A stretch of 64,000 nt of DNA, taken from Epiperipatus broadwayi. Lineage: Eukaryota > Animalia > Onychophora. Shown piece by piece: positions 1-12,699 of the stretch. The position numbers and the translations under genes are program-made. The stretch covers positions 18,724,001-18,788,000 of the forward strand of contig JAQFVV010000003.1 in the NCBI GenBank assembly GCA_028023455.1, written 5' to 3'. The notes under the pieces are model-generated. The model had not been told where the DNA came from. It saw only the letters and a list, made by a program, of their open reading frames with translations, and ran no database searches. Within the stretch, counting starts at the first letter, position 1. Each line of letters starts with the position of its first letter.

Positions 1-334
1 ATTGAAAATACATCTTCAGTGATAATTTCTTTATATTCCTCACAAAATTATCTTTCTAAACATGTATAACATGTCTTACCTGAGTTAATCCACAGCTTCA
101 CAATCTTCAAAAGAATTCAGATATGACTTCTTCATTTTTATCTTGTACCCCAAATGTTCTAAATGTCAAAGGCGTCTATAAAGAAAAATATTTATCCTAA
201 TAAAAGATATAAAAGAAATCATCATAGCAATTGGCTTCTTATCCATCTAAAACTAGAAATTGTAGGCTACTGTCTATATCACTGATAAAATGAGTTTCAT
301 CTCTTCATTTTATATTTTTTTGTGTACATCAGTC

Positions 335-990
335 ATGTTTATATTCTTTATGGACATTAGTGATGTTTATATTCTTTATGCACAGAAGTGATCCTATCTT
401 ATTATATTTATTGTACCACATAGATATAATTTATTTGCATATAGTGTATTTGTTAGCTATAGACTTGAAAATAATGTTATGAAACATATAGCAAAAACAA
501 AGCATGAACAAGAGTAAACAAAAACATAAACAAGATCAGAATGTGATTATGTTTGTCTATGCAATATTTGTATGTTTATATTCTTTATGCACACAAGTGA
601 TGTTTATATTCTTTATGCACAGAGTGATGCTATCTTGTTATATTTATTGTACCACATATATATATATAATTTATTTGCATATAGTGTATTTGTTAGCTAT
701 AGACTTGAAAATAATGTTATGAAACATATAGCAACAATAAAGCATGAACAAGAGTAAACAAAAACATAAACAAGATCAGAATGTGATTATGTTTGTGTAT
801 GCAATGTTTGTATGTTTATATTCTTTATGCACACAAGTGATGTTTATATTCTTTCTGCACAGAAGTGATGCTATCTTGTTATATTTATTGTACCACATAT
901 ATATATAATTTATTTGCATACAGATCATTTGTTAGCTATAGACTTGAAAAACGTAAACAAGAATCAGAATTTGATTATATGTTTGTATAC
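335..990. repeat. Tandem repeat, unit ~237-240 bp, ~2.7 copies
   Basis: Unit start atgtttatattcttt recurs at 335, 572 and 812, followed by near-identical sequence. ORFs 504..722 and 572..757 are by-products of the repeat. Confidence 0.9.
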
Positions 991-1719
991 ATTTGATTAT
1001 TAGTTTTATAACAAATTATTTATAAACCATATTATATAAACATAATTAATGATTTTCGTAATAAATTATTCTTTTTGAAAAACATTATTTTTATAATAGG
1101 GTAAGTAGAACGTTAGAAAATTACATTAGATATGAATTCTATATGAGCATAAATAACTAACACACACTAATTACAAACTAAAATTAATAAAAAAGATAAT
1201 TTTATGAAATATATATATATATAATTTTATGAAAAAAATTTTTAAAAAAATTTAAAAATGTTACTTACGACCATTACGTTCAAGATCTATTGTATGCCTT
1301 CTTTGTGAATAGCACCGGAGAAAATATCATTTGCAGCCCGTAAATTATTTTTGTCTTTTATCGCTTCATGATAAGTACAAAAATTATCAAAAAAAAAAAC
1401 AAGAAAATTAAATACTGTGGTCGATTAAAAAATTTGCTAAAAATCCAAATTTTAACCGATTTTTTTTTTAAATAAACATTTTCTGAAAGCCACGTGATTG
1501 AGCTATAGAATGCTCGTATTTTGTTCTACGTCATGCTTAAACTTTTTACGTCAGTAAAGAAAGAAAACAAAACATCATCTGAAAAATGTCAGTAGAGCAC
1601 TCGCAGCGCCCACAAAGCGGAAAAAGTTAAATTCATTAATTCTAGACTTAAAATAGTTATATTCATTTGTGTTTGTTGATGATAATGACTGATGTAGTCA
1701 TTCATCTTTATATATATAT

Positions 1720-3387
1720 TGAACCGCCCACCTTCTTTAAATTAACTAATAATGACAAATAGAAATATTAAAATACTCTTCCTTCCTTACTGAACCACCC
1801 AATCTTTGAAGGTGCTTGGTCCTCAGGTAGAGTGCAGAACATCATTAGCAGCAAGCTACCAATAATATAAATACTCGGCTACTAGACAAATACTGACCAA
1901 ATAAACACTTTATTTATTTTAAGGTAAACCTTTAGGCGCCAGTTAATCACATAGTAATTAACATGTTTACCTGATCAGCAACAAATCCAGCACCTGAGAC
2001 CTTAGCTAGCTCATCGAATTGTAGCTGCCTTAAAAGAAAAGAAATCTCCGCCCAATCTAAAAATTCTATTTTAAATAATAATGAAGATTTACCGTACGTT
2101 AGACTTGGCGTCCTTAAAAAAACAAATCCTTATTTTTTAAAAAAAATTTCCTTATTCTTTTAGTTTTAACTTAACTATTTCTTAATAATAATTAAATCTT
2201 TCCATTCCCACTTTATTAAAATATTATTTCAGCATAAATGTGTGTATTCAAATATAAATATTTAAACGACGGTTTAAATCTTTTTTTTTTTAAAACAGTC
2301 GTTTTGTTTTATAATTCAATCGCGCACATTATTTCAATAACATAAATGTTTTAATACATTATAAACGATTAGAAATATACATAATATATTGAATTAAAAT
2401 TCACACACACATAAACTTAAAGCCTTTGAATAAAGTTAAACACAGAAGCCGATATCATTTGTATTTTCCAGATACTACTTGGTAAAGCTGAAAGTTTTAT
2501 TTATTTATTTATCACAGGGGTTTTTTTTAAAAGAAAATCAAGAATTAGAGAATATGAAAATTAATAATTACCTAGGATTTGAAATCTGAAATGATGTACG
2601 TACAGCACAATGTAATTTCTATAAATATTATCCCTGACTGATTAGCGCTAACCTCCAGTAAATCTTCCTTGAATTCATGATGCTATATAACTTTCATGGA
2701 TTTTTCAGCATAGACACTACTTCTTTATTAGCTTTATCTGAACATGGTTTGCCCTCCGAACTATCTGCCGATGTTATCGCAGTGAAGGCTCCAGTTACTT
2801 GCACAATACAGTAAATTTAACAATGCATCATTTTGGTAGATATAACAGTTTATATAATTTTTGATTCTTTAATTTTAAGAAATATTTTTAAATATTTTTT
2901 AACATAAAATAATAATGGAATGTTGAAATTTAAACCGTCTTAACAATGACAAAGTTTCCTTCTGTCCAGTGTTTATTATCTCGTGAAATTATTGTACTTT
3001 TACTTCACTCTGATTGGGCTTCTATTTTTTTCTCTTCAAAACGTTTACACACACGCACACATTTAATTATTTTATTATAAAACAAAACAATTTTTTTCTT
3101 TATTACTTTTTATTACGAACTAATCAAAAATAATATTAAATCATTTTTATTTCATTCTTTTTTTTTTTTAAATAAAAAATCTTACCCTCTTTAAAAGCGT
3201 TTATTATTTATTTTTCTTTAACAATAACCCCCCTTACCCTACTCTTTGTTTTTAATTTTTTTTTCCATCAACTTTTAATTTTTATTTTAACTTAATTTTC
3301 CCACTTTATTTTTTTAAAGGTGAGATTTATTAAATATTACTACTTTTAAATAATACTACATATTCGATAACGATGTACCTCGGTACA
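1720..3387 (-). repeat. 3' LTR (1668 bp)
   Basis: Aligns along its full length with 5318-6969, with scattered substitutions and small indels. Confidence 0.9.
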
Positions 3388-3406
3388 TTATCTCCGTCCC
3401 TCCCCT
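3388..3406 (-). promoter_or_regulatory. Polypurine tract
   Basis: Minus strand AGGGGAGGGACGGAGATAA lies immediately before the TG of the 3' LTR. Confidence 0.8.
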
Positions 3407-3598
3407 GTAACTAAAATATCATTCTGAGAATTTTAGTTTCAAATCTAAATTTATAAGTATTATATAAGTCCCATTGCTTTATTTAATTGAATTTTGTTTT
3501 TTCCTATACCCGTGTAGTCATATTTATTTATTATAATTTTCGTCCCATTATATTTTTATTTCCACTTGATCAAGTGGCTCTTTCTTCCTGCCAAATGA

Positions 3599-4768
3599 TT
3601 AGTTATACCCATCCCATCTCCTGTATTGATCTGGAGGCTCCCGGGGTAAGTTGCCATAATCCACCTGCATTAAAAATCCTGCCGTTTCCTCTACTGACCG
3701 TCCATCTTTGCTTAACATTAGCTGTTGTATATTTGGTGGCATTTTATTCCGTAATATTCTAATCATCTGACCATCCAACATAGGAAATGCCGTTAATGCC
3801 TTGGGTTTCGATACTTGTCAGTAAAAGAACTGCGAATGTGTTTCTCCCTGAGCATTGGAATACCTATCCTGGGATATTTTGTACAGGATCTCATCTTGTC
3901 TGGCTTTGTTTCAAAACGCCCTTAAAATCGAACGTCTATATTCTCCAAATGTCTGCGGTTTATCGCCTAAGGTATGCCACAAATCACATGCTGTCTCTTG
4001 GAGGTAATTACTCACACCGCAACTTTATCGACTTCTGGCAAATTTTTAAAATGAAACAAATTACCTAAGCTCTCTAAATGTTTCAACGGGTTTTCTCCTA
4101 CTTCTGCTTTGAATACTGAAATGGTAAATTGTTTCTCCATAAATCTATTCATCCGTACATCTTGCCTATCATCAAAACTGAAATTCCTACATTTCTGTTC
4201 TATTTTTTATTTTCTGCCCTATCTCTTCCATTACACTACTACATATCTCCTTCACTTCAGCCTTTATATCCTCCTTGCTCTCTATTATTTTTTCAGAATT
4301 TCCTAATTCCTTGTCATTACTTTCTTTTGTGTTCTCTGTTTTAGTTTCACCATTTCCTGTTGCACCATTCTTTGGCTATTTACTAATTCCTGACATATCC
4401 CTTCTACTTGCACTACTCTCGCTTCTAACTGATTCACTTTCCCATTGTTTAACTCCTCCCTCCTTCTATGTTTTCTTTTAATTCTAAAATCTCAGACCTA
4501 TCTTCATCTACATTTTTTCTCATTTCTTTTACCGCTTCCTGGCTTACGTCCGTCTTCCCATTAATTCCTATCTCATTTCCTTCATCTCTGTCCTAAGCTC
4601 ACTAACTTCCTGTTTCATTATTTGATGATTTCTGTTAATATCTTCGTGCATTTCCTTCATCATATTCATTAATATTTGAATTGCACTTTCCTCTACTGTT
4701 TGTGGGTTTTTAAAGAATATTGGGCTTACTCCTAGCTTTGCCCCTCCATCACTACCGCTTTCTTCCAT
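3599..4768 (-). pseudogene. Decayed retrotransposon gag (coiled-coil N-terminus plus capsid-like region)
   Basis: Manual translation across frameshifts gives MEKQFTISVFKAEVGENPLKHLESLGNLFHFKNLPEVDKVAV/VSNYLQETACDLWHTLGDKPQTFGEYRRSILRAF*NKARQDEIL, resembling Ty3/gypsy gag. It includes ORFs 4568..4768 and 3599..3781. Confidence 0.75.
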
Positions 4769-5101
4769 TTTGCCAATGATCTATCTAGCTTTATTTCAAT
4801 ATTAAAATTTTTTTTTTCTATTTCAAAACGTATGTACAACCAACCTTAACCCTCTTAATTCTACTTTTACGCCTCCTGTTTGTCTATCCTCATTCGTCCA
4901 GAGTGTCCCCTTATTTTTTTTTCTTTCTTAAGGATTATGCCTCCATGTTATATAATGTCATATAAAAATCACTTTTACTAGTTACGCTAATCTGACCGGT
5001 TCTCATAAAAAAATTCTACTATCACGCTTTCTAACTTCTTTCTCACTAACTGTCACCTATATTATTAATGGCTAACTTTGACCACACCATCTAAAAAAAC
5101 G

Positions 5102-5323
5102 TCCAGCTACAGCTTATGTTGGTTCTACCATTTGAAACGACTAGTTTTGGGCCACGTTGATGCACCAAATGAACATCCAACTACAGCTTATGTTGTTCCT
5201 ACCATTTGAAATGACTAGTTTCGGGCCACGTTGATGCACCAAATGAACATCCCACTACAGCTTACGTTGCTCCTACCACTTGAAACATCGAGTTTCGGGC
5301 CATGTTGATGCGCCAAATGAACC
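5102..5323 (-). repeat. Three tandem 74-bp units, each with an LTR-end motif and a PBS-like sequence
   Basis: Units start at 5102, 5176 and 5250. On the minus strand each reads GTTCA-TT-TGG(T/C)GCATCAAC(G/A)TGGCCC. The unit abutting the LTR places the PBS at 5298-5315 and resembles the tRNA-Lys(CTT) 3' complement TGGCGCCCAACGTGGGGC. Confidence 0.8.
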
Positions 5324-6969
5324 GCCCACCTTCTTTAAATTAACTAATAACAACAAATAGAAATATTAAAATACTCTTCCTTCCTTACTGAACTACCCAG
5401 TCTTTGAAGGTGCTTGGTCCTCAGGTAGAGTGCAGAACATGATTGGTAGCAAGCTACCAATAATATAAACACTCAGCTACTAGACAAATACTGACCAAAT
5501 AAACACTTTATTTTAAGGTAAACCTTTAGGCACCAATTAATCACATAATAATTAACATGTTTACCTGATCAGCAATGAATCCAGTACCTGAGACCCCAGC
5601 TAGCTCATCGAATTGCAGCTGCCTTAAAAGAAAAGAAATCTCCGCCCAATCTAAAAATTCTAGTTTAAATAATAATGATGATTTACCGTACGTTAGACTT
5701 TGGCATCCTTAAAAAAATAAATCCTTATTTTTTAAAAAAAATTTCCTTATTCTTTTAGTTTTAACTTAACCATTTCTTAATAATAATTAAATCTTTCCAT
5801 TCCCACTTTATTAAAATATTATTTCAGCATAAATGAGTGTATTCAAATATAAATATTTAAACGACAGTTTAAATCTTTCTTTTTTTAAACAGTCGTTTTG
5901 TTTTATAATTCCACCACGCACGCTATTTCATTAACATAAATGTTTTAATACATTTTAAACAATTACAAATATACATAACACACACAGACACTTAAAGTCT
6001 TTGAATAAAGTTAAACACAGAAGCCGATATCATTCGTATTTTCCAGATACTACTTGGTAAAGCTGAAAGTTTTATTTATTTATCAGTTTTTTTTAAAAAG
6101 AAAATCAAGAATTAGAGAATCTGAAAATTAATAATTACCTAGGATTTGAAATCTGAAATGATATACGTACAGCACAATGTAATTTCTATAAATGTTATCT
6201 CTGACCAGTTAGCGCTAATTTCCAGTAAATCTTCTTTGAATTCATGACGCTATATAACCTTTGTGGATTTTTCAGGATAAACACTCCACTACTTTATTAG
6301 CTTTATCCGAACATGATTTGCCCTCCAAACTATCTGCCGATGTTATTGCAGTTAAGGCTCTAGTTAGTTGCACAATATGGTAAATTTAACAATGCATCAT
6401 TTTGGTAGATATAACAATTTATATAATTTTCGATTTTTTAATTTTAAGAAATATTTTGAAATATTTTTTAAAATAAAATAATAATGGAATCTTGAAATTT
6501 AAACCATCTTAACAATGACAAAGTTTCCTTATGTGCAGCATTTATTATCTCGTGAAATTATTGTACTTTTACTTCGCTCTGATTGGGCTTCTATTTTATT
6601 TTCTTCAAAACTTTTACACACACGCACACATTTAATTATTTTATTATAAAACAAAACGAATTTTTTCTTTATTACTTTTTATTGTGAATTAATCAAAAAT
6701 AATATTAAATCATTTTTTTTTTATTCCATTCTTTTTTTTCTTTTTTTTTTAAATAAAAAATCTTACCCTCTTTAAAAGCGTTTATTATTTATTTATTTTT
6801 AACAATAACCCCCCCTACCCTACTCTTTTGTTTTTAATTTTCTTTTCCTTCAATTTTTAACTTTTAATTTAACTTAATTTTCCCACTTTATTTTTTTAAA
6901 GGCGAGATTTATTAAATATTACTACTTTTAAATAATACTACATATTTGATAACGATGTACCTCGGTACA
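5318..6969 (-). repeat. 5' LTR (1652 bp)
   Basis: Direct repeat of 1720-3387, followed on the minus strand by TT plus the PBS. Confidence 0.9.
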
Positions 6970-7049
6970 ATATATATATATGTATACATATTTAAAAGTA
7001 ATATTAAATATATGAAATATGCTTAACAGCTTAATGTTTACATAATAAT

Positions 7050-7510
7050 AATGAGAGGTGTCATTATTGTAGAATATTAAAATAATGGGAAGTATATTAT
7101 TTGATGATTAAGGAGTGTAATTTCCAAAAAAAAAATGGGGAGGAAAAAAAAGTATGGTTGTGTCTACCAGGTGTTAGAATTTTAGATATTAGGCTATTAG
7201 AAAAAAACAAATAGAAATAATAATGTTTTAATATTGTTGGGTTAAATGATGTTGCAGGTAGGGATGAAAAAGCAATAAAGTCATGGAAGATAAGATTAAA
7301 TATTTTAAGGAAAGGAATGGAAAGTAGGGAATAGTGAAATTATTACCAACGTATGATAGTGCTTAAATTTAAATAAGATTTGAAATAAATTTGAGCAAAA
7401 ATATTTATGTGAGAATAATAATATTAATTGTTTAGATTTTTGGGATGTGTTCATTAGAAGTAGGGATTTATTTGAAAGGAATGGATTACATTTATTATAG
7501 GGAGTAGGAT
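7050..7510 (+). pseudogene. Decayed SGNH-esterase-like ORF1 of a non-LTR retrotransposon (CR1/L2 type)
   Basis: Motifs VWLCLPGVRILDI (7152), NIVGLNDVAGR (~7230) and FWDVFIRSRDLFERNGLHL (7438) occur in SGNH order, interrupted by stops and frameshifts. Confidence 0.65.
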
Positions 7511-7553
7511 GAAGATAATATATTAAGTGAATTAATAGTAGTTGTTAATTATA

Positions 7554-9211
7554 CACTGTACATTGGTTGGTGGCGCTATTTCTCTTTAAAAACATAGCAA
7601 TATAACATTCCCGGGCCCCTCGACTTATTCCAAAATATACGGTATTTTTTCATACGGCTTTTTTTTTTTTTTCACATATATGGTATTTTTCCATATGGCT
7701 TTTTTTGTTCAAATATATGGTATTTTTACATGCGGCTTTTTTTCTAGAAAATTTACATTATAATGCAGACTTTTTTGTTTGTTTTTAAAAATGCGGGTGT
7801 TTTTTTTTTGTAATTAGTATTTATTTTTGTTCTCGATTTTTACAAATACACGGTATTTTTTCATACGGCTTTTTTCCCCCTAAGAAAATGTACATTATAA
7901 TGGGGAGTATTATATTGTTGTTGTTTTTTTATTTAAAAATACAGAGTTTTTTGTTAAATAATAATTATGTATTTTTGTTGAAAATGTACGCACTTTTTTT
8001 CTTTTAAAACAAGATGCTTTTTATTAATTTTATAACAAATAGGTTTTCTTTTTTTTTTACATTATGTGACATGTCGTCTTTTTTTTTACTTATAATTATA
8101 GTACATGTTTTATAAAAAAACTTTTATTATTTATAACAAATACAGCCCTTTTTTTGACATTATGTGACATGTCGTCTTTATTTTGTCTTCTAATTATAGT
8201 ACGTTTTATAAAAAGCTGTATTGTTTATAAATGAAACGGCTTTTTTTATATCAATCAAAATAGTCAATTATCTTGTCGTCCCCCCCAAAAAAAACATGTT
8301 TGTTTTATAATATTTAAAAACGCAAACAAATGTACACTTTTCGGCTGTTGTTCTTTAGCCTGTCTTACTTTCCTCTACCCCCTAAATACTGACAGTCTGT
8401 GTCTTAATTGACTTACACAAAATAATCACAATTCACAAAACAGATTCATTGAATCAATCAATTTATTCACGACATCTGACTAGAATTGATAACAACGGTT
8501 TGCCTTTTAGCCACGCGAGTAGTATACAAACTGCCATTTGCGTCAAAATCTAAGGGTCATACATTTGCATCAAAATCTAAGGGTCATACATTTGCCACAT
8601 ACACATCGAATGACATGTGATAGGATGGTTTGGCCCTGCAGAAAGGCAACTGCATCACTTTCTGTGTTTTAAAAATGTCCCACAGCTGAAAGAATGTTGC
8701 GCTACTGCCTTCAGCCATTTTGTTATTCTCGTACAAGTTGCAATGAAAACAGTACTTTTTCATGAATATCTGCAATCGTCCTGTGGCAGACCCCTTTTTA
8801 AATTTCAAACCAGCAAAAAAATGCATAGGGAAGTATTGATGATATGCTGACAATTATTAGTACTTAAAAATATGTCAGTTGGGGTCTACCGAAAACCATT
8901 TTCATCAACAGTTAAAAGTTGAAAAACAATACACTATACATACCCTCATATTAAATGCTAGTAAAAATACAAATTCTGTCAATATGCATAGGATGGGAGG
9001 CCGCGAGGCACAATTAAATGACTAAAAACGATTGTAGTGTTGTTATTAGCCGTAGGTTTGGATGCGGAAGAATTGGCCGCATTTGAACTGCTACCACCTG
9101 GCCACATAAATGGCTACTACTATTGTAGTGGTGTATTAGCCGGAGGTTCGGCCATGTAACTGGTATTCTGTGTTTTTACACAGAAACAGCGCCACCAGGC
9201 GATGTACAGTG
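7554..9211. mobile_element. Non-autonomous TIR DNA transposon with CACTG termini (CMC/EnSpm-like)
   Basis: Imperfect ~45-bp TIRs: cactgtacattggttggtggcgctatttctc versus the reverse complement of the right end, cactgtacatcgcctggtggcgctgtttctg. Subterminal motif at(a/g)(c/t)ggtatttt..cat(a/g)cggctttt is repeated at ~7637, 7677, 7712 and 7847. No TSD found. Confidence 0.6.
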
Positions 9212-9290
9212 GCTAAATAACAAATACTGAATTGATTTATAATAAATTTTATTAGTCATTAGGTTAAAGAAGGGGATGTTATATATATAT

Positions 9291-10880
9291 TGAACCAGGT
9301 GCATTTAAAAGATATTATTTAAATGGGTTTAAATCTCTTTTAACATAATTTTTAATTTATATTTTTAATATGTGACCGGACCTGCCCTTTAAGCAGAAGG
9401 GACAATAAGATTGATAGTAGAGCCATCAATGATACCCATAATTACATTGAGCTATGCAAAGCATAACCCGATCACATTTCCAGACCATGGTGCACCTCGA
9501 CTGCTAGATTCAAACTTCGGTCATACAAAGCATTTTATTTGTTTTGAGGATCAATCTCAGGTATCAGCCAATCATAAATTATAATCAGCATACTTCAGAT
9601 GTCAGACACACAATCCAGCACTTGAAATATCCCACGACTAGCTCATATTCTGTCTCAGTGTCCAGCATATTTATTTAACACATAAAATAACTCTACCCTA
9701 GTTTACTGGTGAAGCAGTGACAAGAGAGAAAGAGAATATAGACAAAATAACAGTTAAAGTAAATATTAATATTTAATTATTTATCCACACATATATTTAA
9801 TAGAAAGTAACACAATAAATGTTACATAAGAAAAATATAAATAACCTTAGGCTATAGTTATAATAGTCCATTAATTAAGATTCGTTTCATTTAAAATTAA
9901 GTGTGTATACAAATATTTAAAAGTATATTTACCCAGATTTTTATTTTGTGCGTATTGTGTAATGGTTTTGTTTTCCATTTGTTTTTGCTTTCCAACCAGT
10001 TGGTCTTTTGTTTCTCTATCAATGGTTTTCAGGGCTTGTCTTTCGTTTTTTGGATCAACAATGGGAGAGAGAGATTAGCAGCAGCATTGATTCATTGTCT
10101 AGGCATTTTTTTCGGGCATTGGCTCAGGCAAGCACAATTGATTGCTGAAGACTTGGGACATTAAGCCCTGCCGGACACTTCCATGGCTTATGCGGGCTCT
10201 CCATTAATGTTAACCACAGCAGAAGCAATTGGCTTACTACTGCATTTACAATTTCTGAATATTCTGTATTCTTTAAAAAGAACCTGAACTCCAGACTAAT
10301 AATAAATTGTTGACTGGAATAACTTGATTATAAAATGCAGACCAGACTGAAGAACAATAACCAAGATGTACCTTTTATATCTTAACTCTCTCATTGTTTT
10401 ATTTTATCTTGACTTGAATCCATCTTTTAATTAATTTTACATTTCTTTAATTAATTGATTTTTACATTTGGCTTTATTTTAATCCATACAGATTCATCTA
10501 AACAATCTTGATAAAATAGTTTACTGTTTTTAATTAATATAATTTAATCAGCAATATTATAAATTAATTAATTACCTTTTTGAAAGTTTTACAAACATTT
10601 TATTTTTACAGACTAATTTTTAGCCTGATTTCATCTTTGCTTGTTTTATACATGATAAAAGTTTTCTTTACAAAGAGAGAGAGACAAAAATTGTTTTAAT
10701 TTTTCTCTAATTTTATTATAGATTTCTCCCCCTCTTGCTAAGAAGTTTTATTCTAAAAGAAAAATATGACTCAATCAAATTTTTACTTTTGCAAAATTTC
10801 ATTTTAAAAATCTTAAAACTAATCTTTTTCTTTTTTAAAAAAAAATTATGAAACATATAGCACTATTCATTAGTGGTACA
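9291..10880. mobile_element. Probable solo LTR (1590 bp)
   Basis: Begins TGAACC and ends GGTACA, the same termini as the 1720-6969 LTRs. Flanked by ATAT on both sides within (AT)n runs. The interior differs from that family. Confidence 0.65.
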
Positions 10881-10892
10881 ATATATATATAT

Positions 10893-12138
10893 TGTAACGG
10901 TCAGGTTCATATGTTCTGTTAACAAGATGGAGATTCCAATCAGAATACATGAAGCTCTGCACTCCTGGGCTGGAGAAGCCATCCCAAAGAGTACTAAATC
11001 TTGACCTATTTGCCTGTGCTTCCACAATCTCCACTACACGAGCAACACTTCTGATGCTACTAAATAGTACAATTTTTCTAGTCCCAGGGGTCAGAGAGAA
11101 ACAAGAGACCCTTAATAATAATGAGCCCTGCTCTAGATTTACTAATATACTATTAATACATATGTATAGGTGAGTAATGCCAGACCTTTATTAAATTCTA
11201 AAACTGCATGAATAAGGTGATATAATGTGGTATGGATCATACGGACAGGTAACAACAACAACAGATATAATTTAATACAAAATTTAATAATTGTCAAATG
11301 ACTATATATGCATTAATAGATTGGCTTCACTAATTATACAATTACACAGATAATAATGTCATACTTAAGATTAGAAAATATATATATATGAAAGATAATA
11401 CACACTATTTCACAATGGTGAAATATTTTATTTTTTGAGGCTCTATACTTTTGTGGGTAAATAGAGCATAAAATCATAGATTAGTATGCCTTATTGAAAT
11501 GTCACCCAATTGGACTAATAGATCTGAGTGTGTACAATGGAGATATTCAAGCATTATAACCATAGACATAGTTATATGTATCTATAAGTAACATGTTATT
11601 ATTGGGGTTTATTAACCTAATCATGTAGTATACGCGAACTTAGAATCACAAGAATATTAGTAAACTCGTTCATAACTATACATAAGATTAGGAAGGGATT
11701 AAGGAATATGATAGCTAAATGCTGTAGATAAATATAGAAATATGGAGCTTAATGAGTAATCAGTGGTGCTGATGGAGAATACGTATGCGAACATGTATAG
11801 GAGGGTGGTGTATTGAAACCGCGAGGCTTTGTCTACATATAATTCAGACTGGCGGACTGCCAACTATCCATGAAGGGTTCTCACAAATAAGCATTGTCAC
11901 TAGATTGGGCCCTCACCCCAATAAACTCTGTGAAGCATGATTGAACAGACTTCCATGTCCACTCTGATGTGGGAACCTTAAGGATTTGGGGATGGTCTTA
12001 GCCATATGTACCCTGTGAAGAAGATTGACAATGCATAATAAAACCATAAAATTATATATCTGCGCCAGCAATACACATATAAAGTATAATAACATTAATA
12101 ATTAATGATAGTTTGCTCTTAAACTTTAGTACGTTACA
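10893..12138. mobile_element. Candidate LTR (1246 bp)
   Basis: Perfect 7-bp terminal inverted repeat TGTAACG...CGTTACA, starting directly after (AT)n. No matching TSD on the right and no clear PPT or PBS. Confidence 0.4.
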
Positions 12139-12699
12139 GTGTGATTATATTTAATCTATTCCTATGTCTTAAAAGATTTCAAATAAATCTACATATTCAT
12201 CTGCTTAAAGATTAAGGTGGATTATATAATTTAAAGACAGTAACCACATTCAATATTGTTGTAATAATAATAAATAAATGTTTGTGAATGCATGACAGAG
12301 GATTTTAGAAACCTACTGCTTAATCATGCATGCTTAAAATATATCTATAGTTATAATTTCCCGCATACACCTGCATATTATACTTTAACTTAAAATGAAC
12401 AAATAAATATATGAGATAACATAGGTAGATCATTATGGGTGGATTAATTATTATATGAACACTAGGATTCACCAAATCCACAGTAATATATTCTGAAAGA
12501 TAACACCCGAGCTAGCAAGTAGAAAAGGGAATTGACACAAAATAGTTGCCATTTATATGATTAACCCGTACGGAAATGTAGCGTCATGTTTATTATAAGA
12601 AGAATGAATTCACTCGCTCAGTCGAAGGTTATCCAGGCATATAATCATAACAAAATATCATAAAGAAAATAATTTAATAAAATCCAAGTGTGTTTACTC

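Larger units (their letters stand above)
1720..6969 (-). mobile_element. Non-autonomous Ty3/gypsy-type LTR retrotransposon (two LTRs, decayed gag, no pol)
   Basis: Direct repeats 1720-3387 and 5318-6969 with TG..CA ends (TGAACCG...CGGTACA). ATAT TSD at 1716-1719 and 6970-6973. PBS-like and PPT sequences lie in the expected positions on the minus strand, with a gag-like peptide between the LTRs. Confidence 0.9.

Noticed and set aside
75-180. Apparent minus-strand exons ending AACTCAG|GTA at ~78 and ~57204
   Set aside because: The two sites share tataacatg.c.tacctgagtta, the frames contain stops, and the 57000-57400 reading resembles a decayed APE endonuclease. They are repeat remnants, not exons.
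5190-5235. GAAACTAGTC on the minus strand of the 74-bp repeats, identical to the family A hammerhead 3' half
   Set aside because: There is no CUGANGA upstream, and the GAAAC is explained by the tRNA T-loop complement within the PBS.
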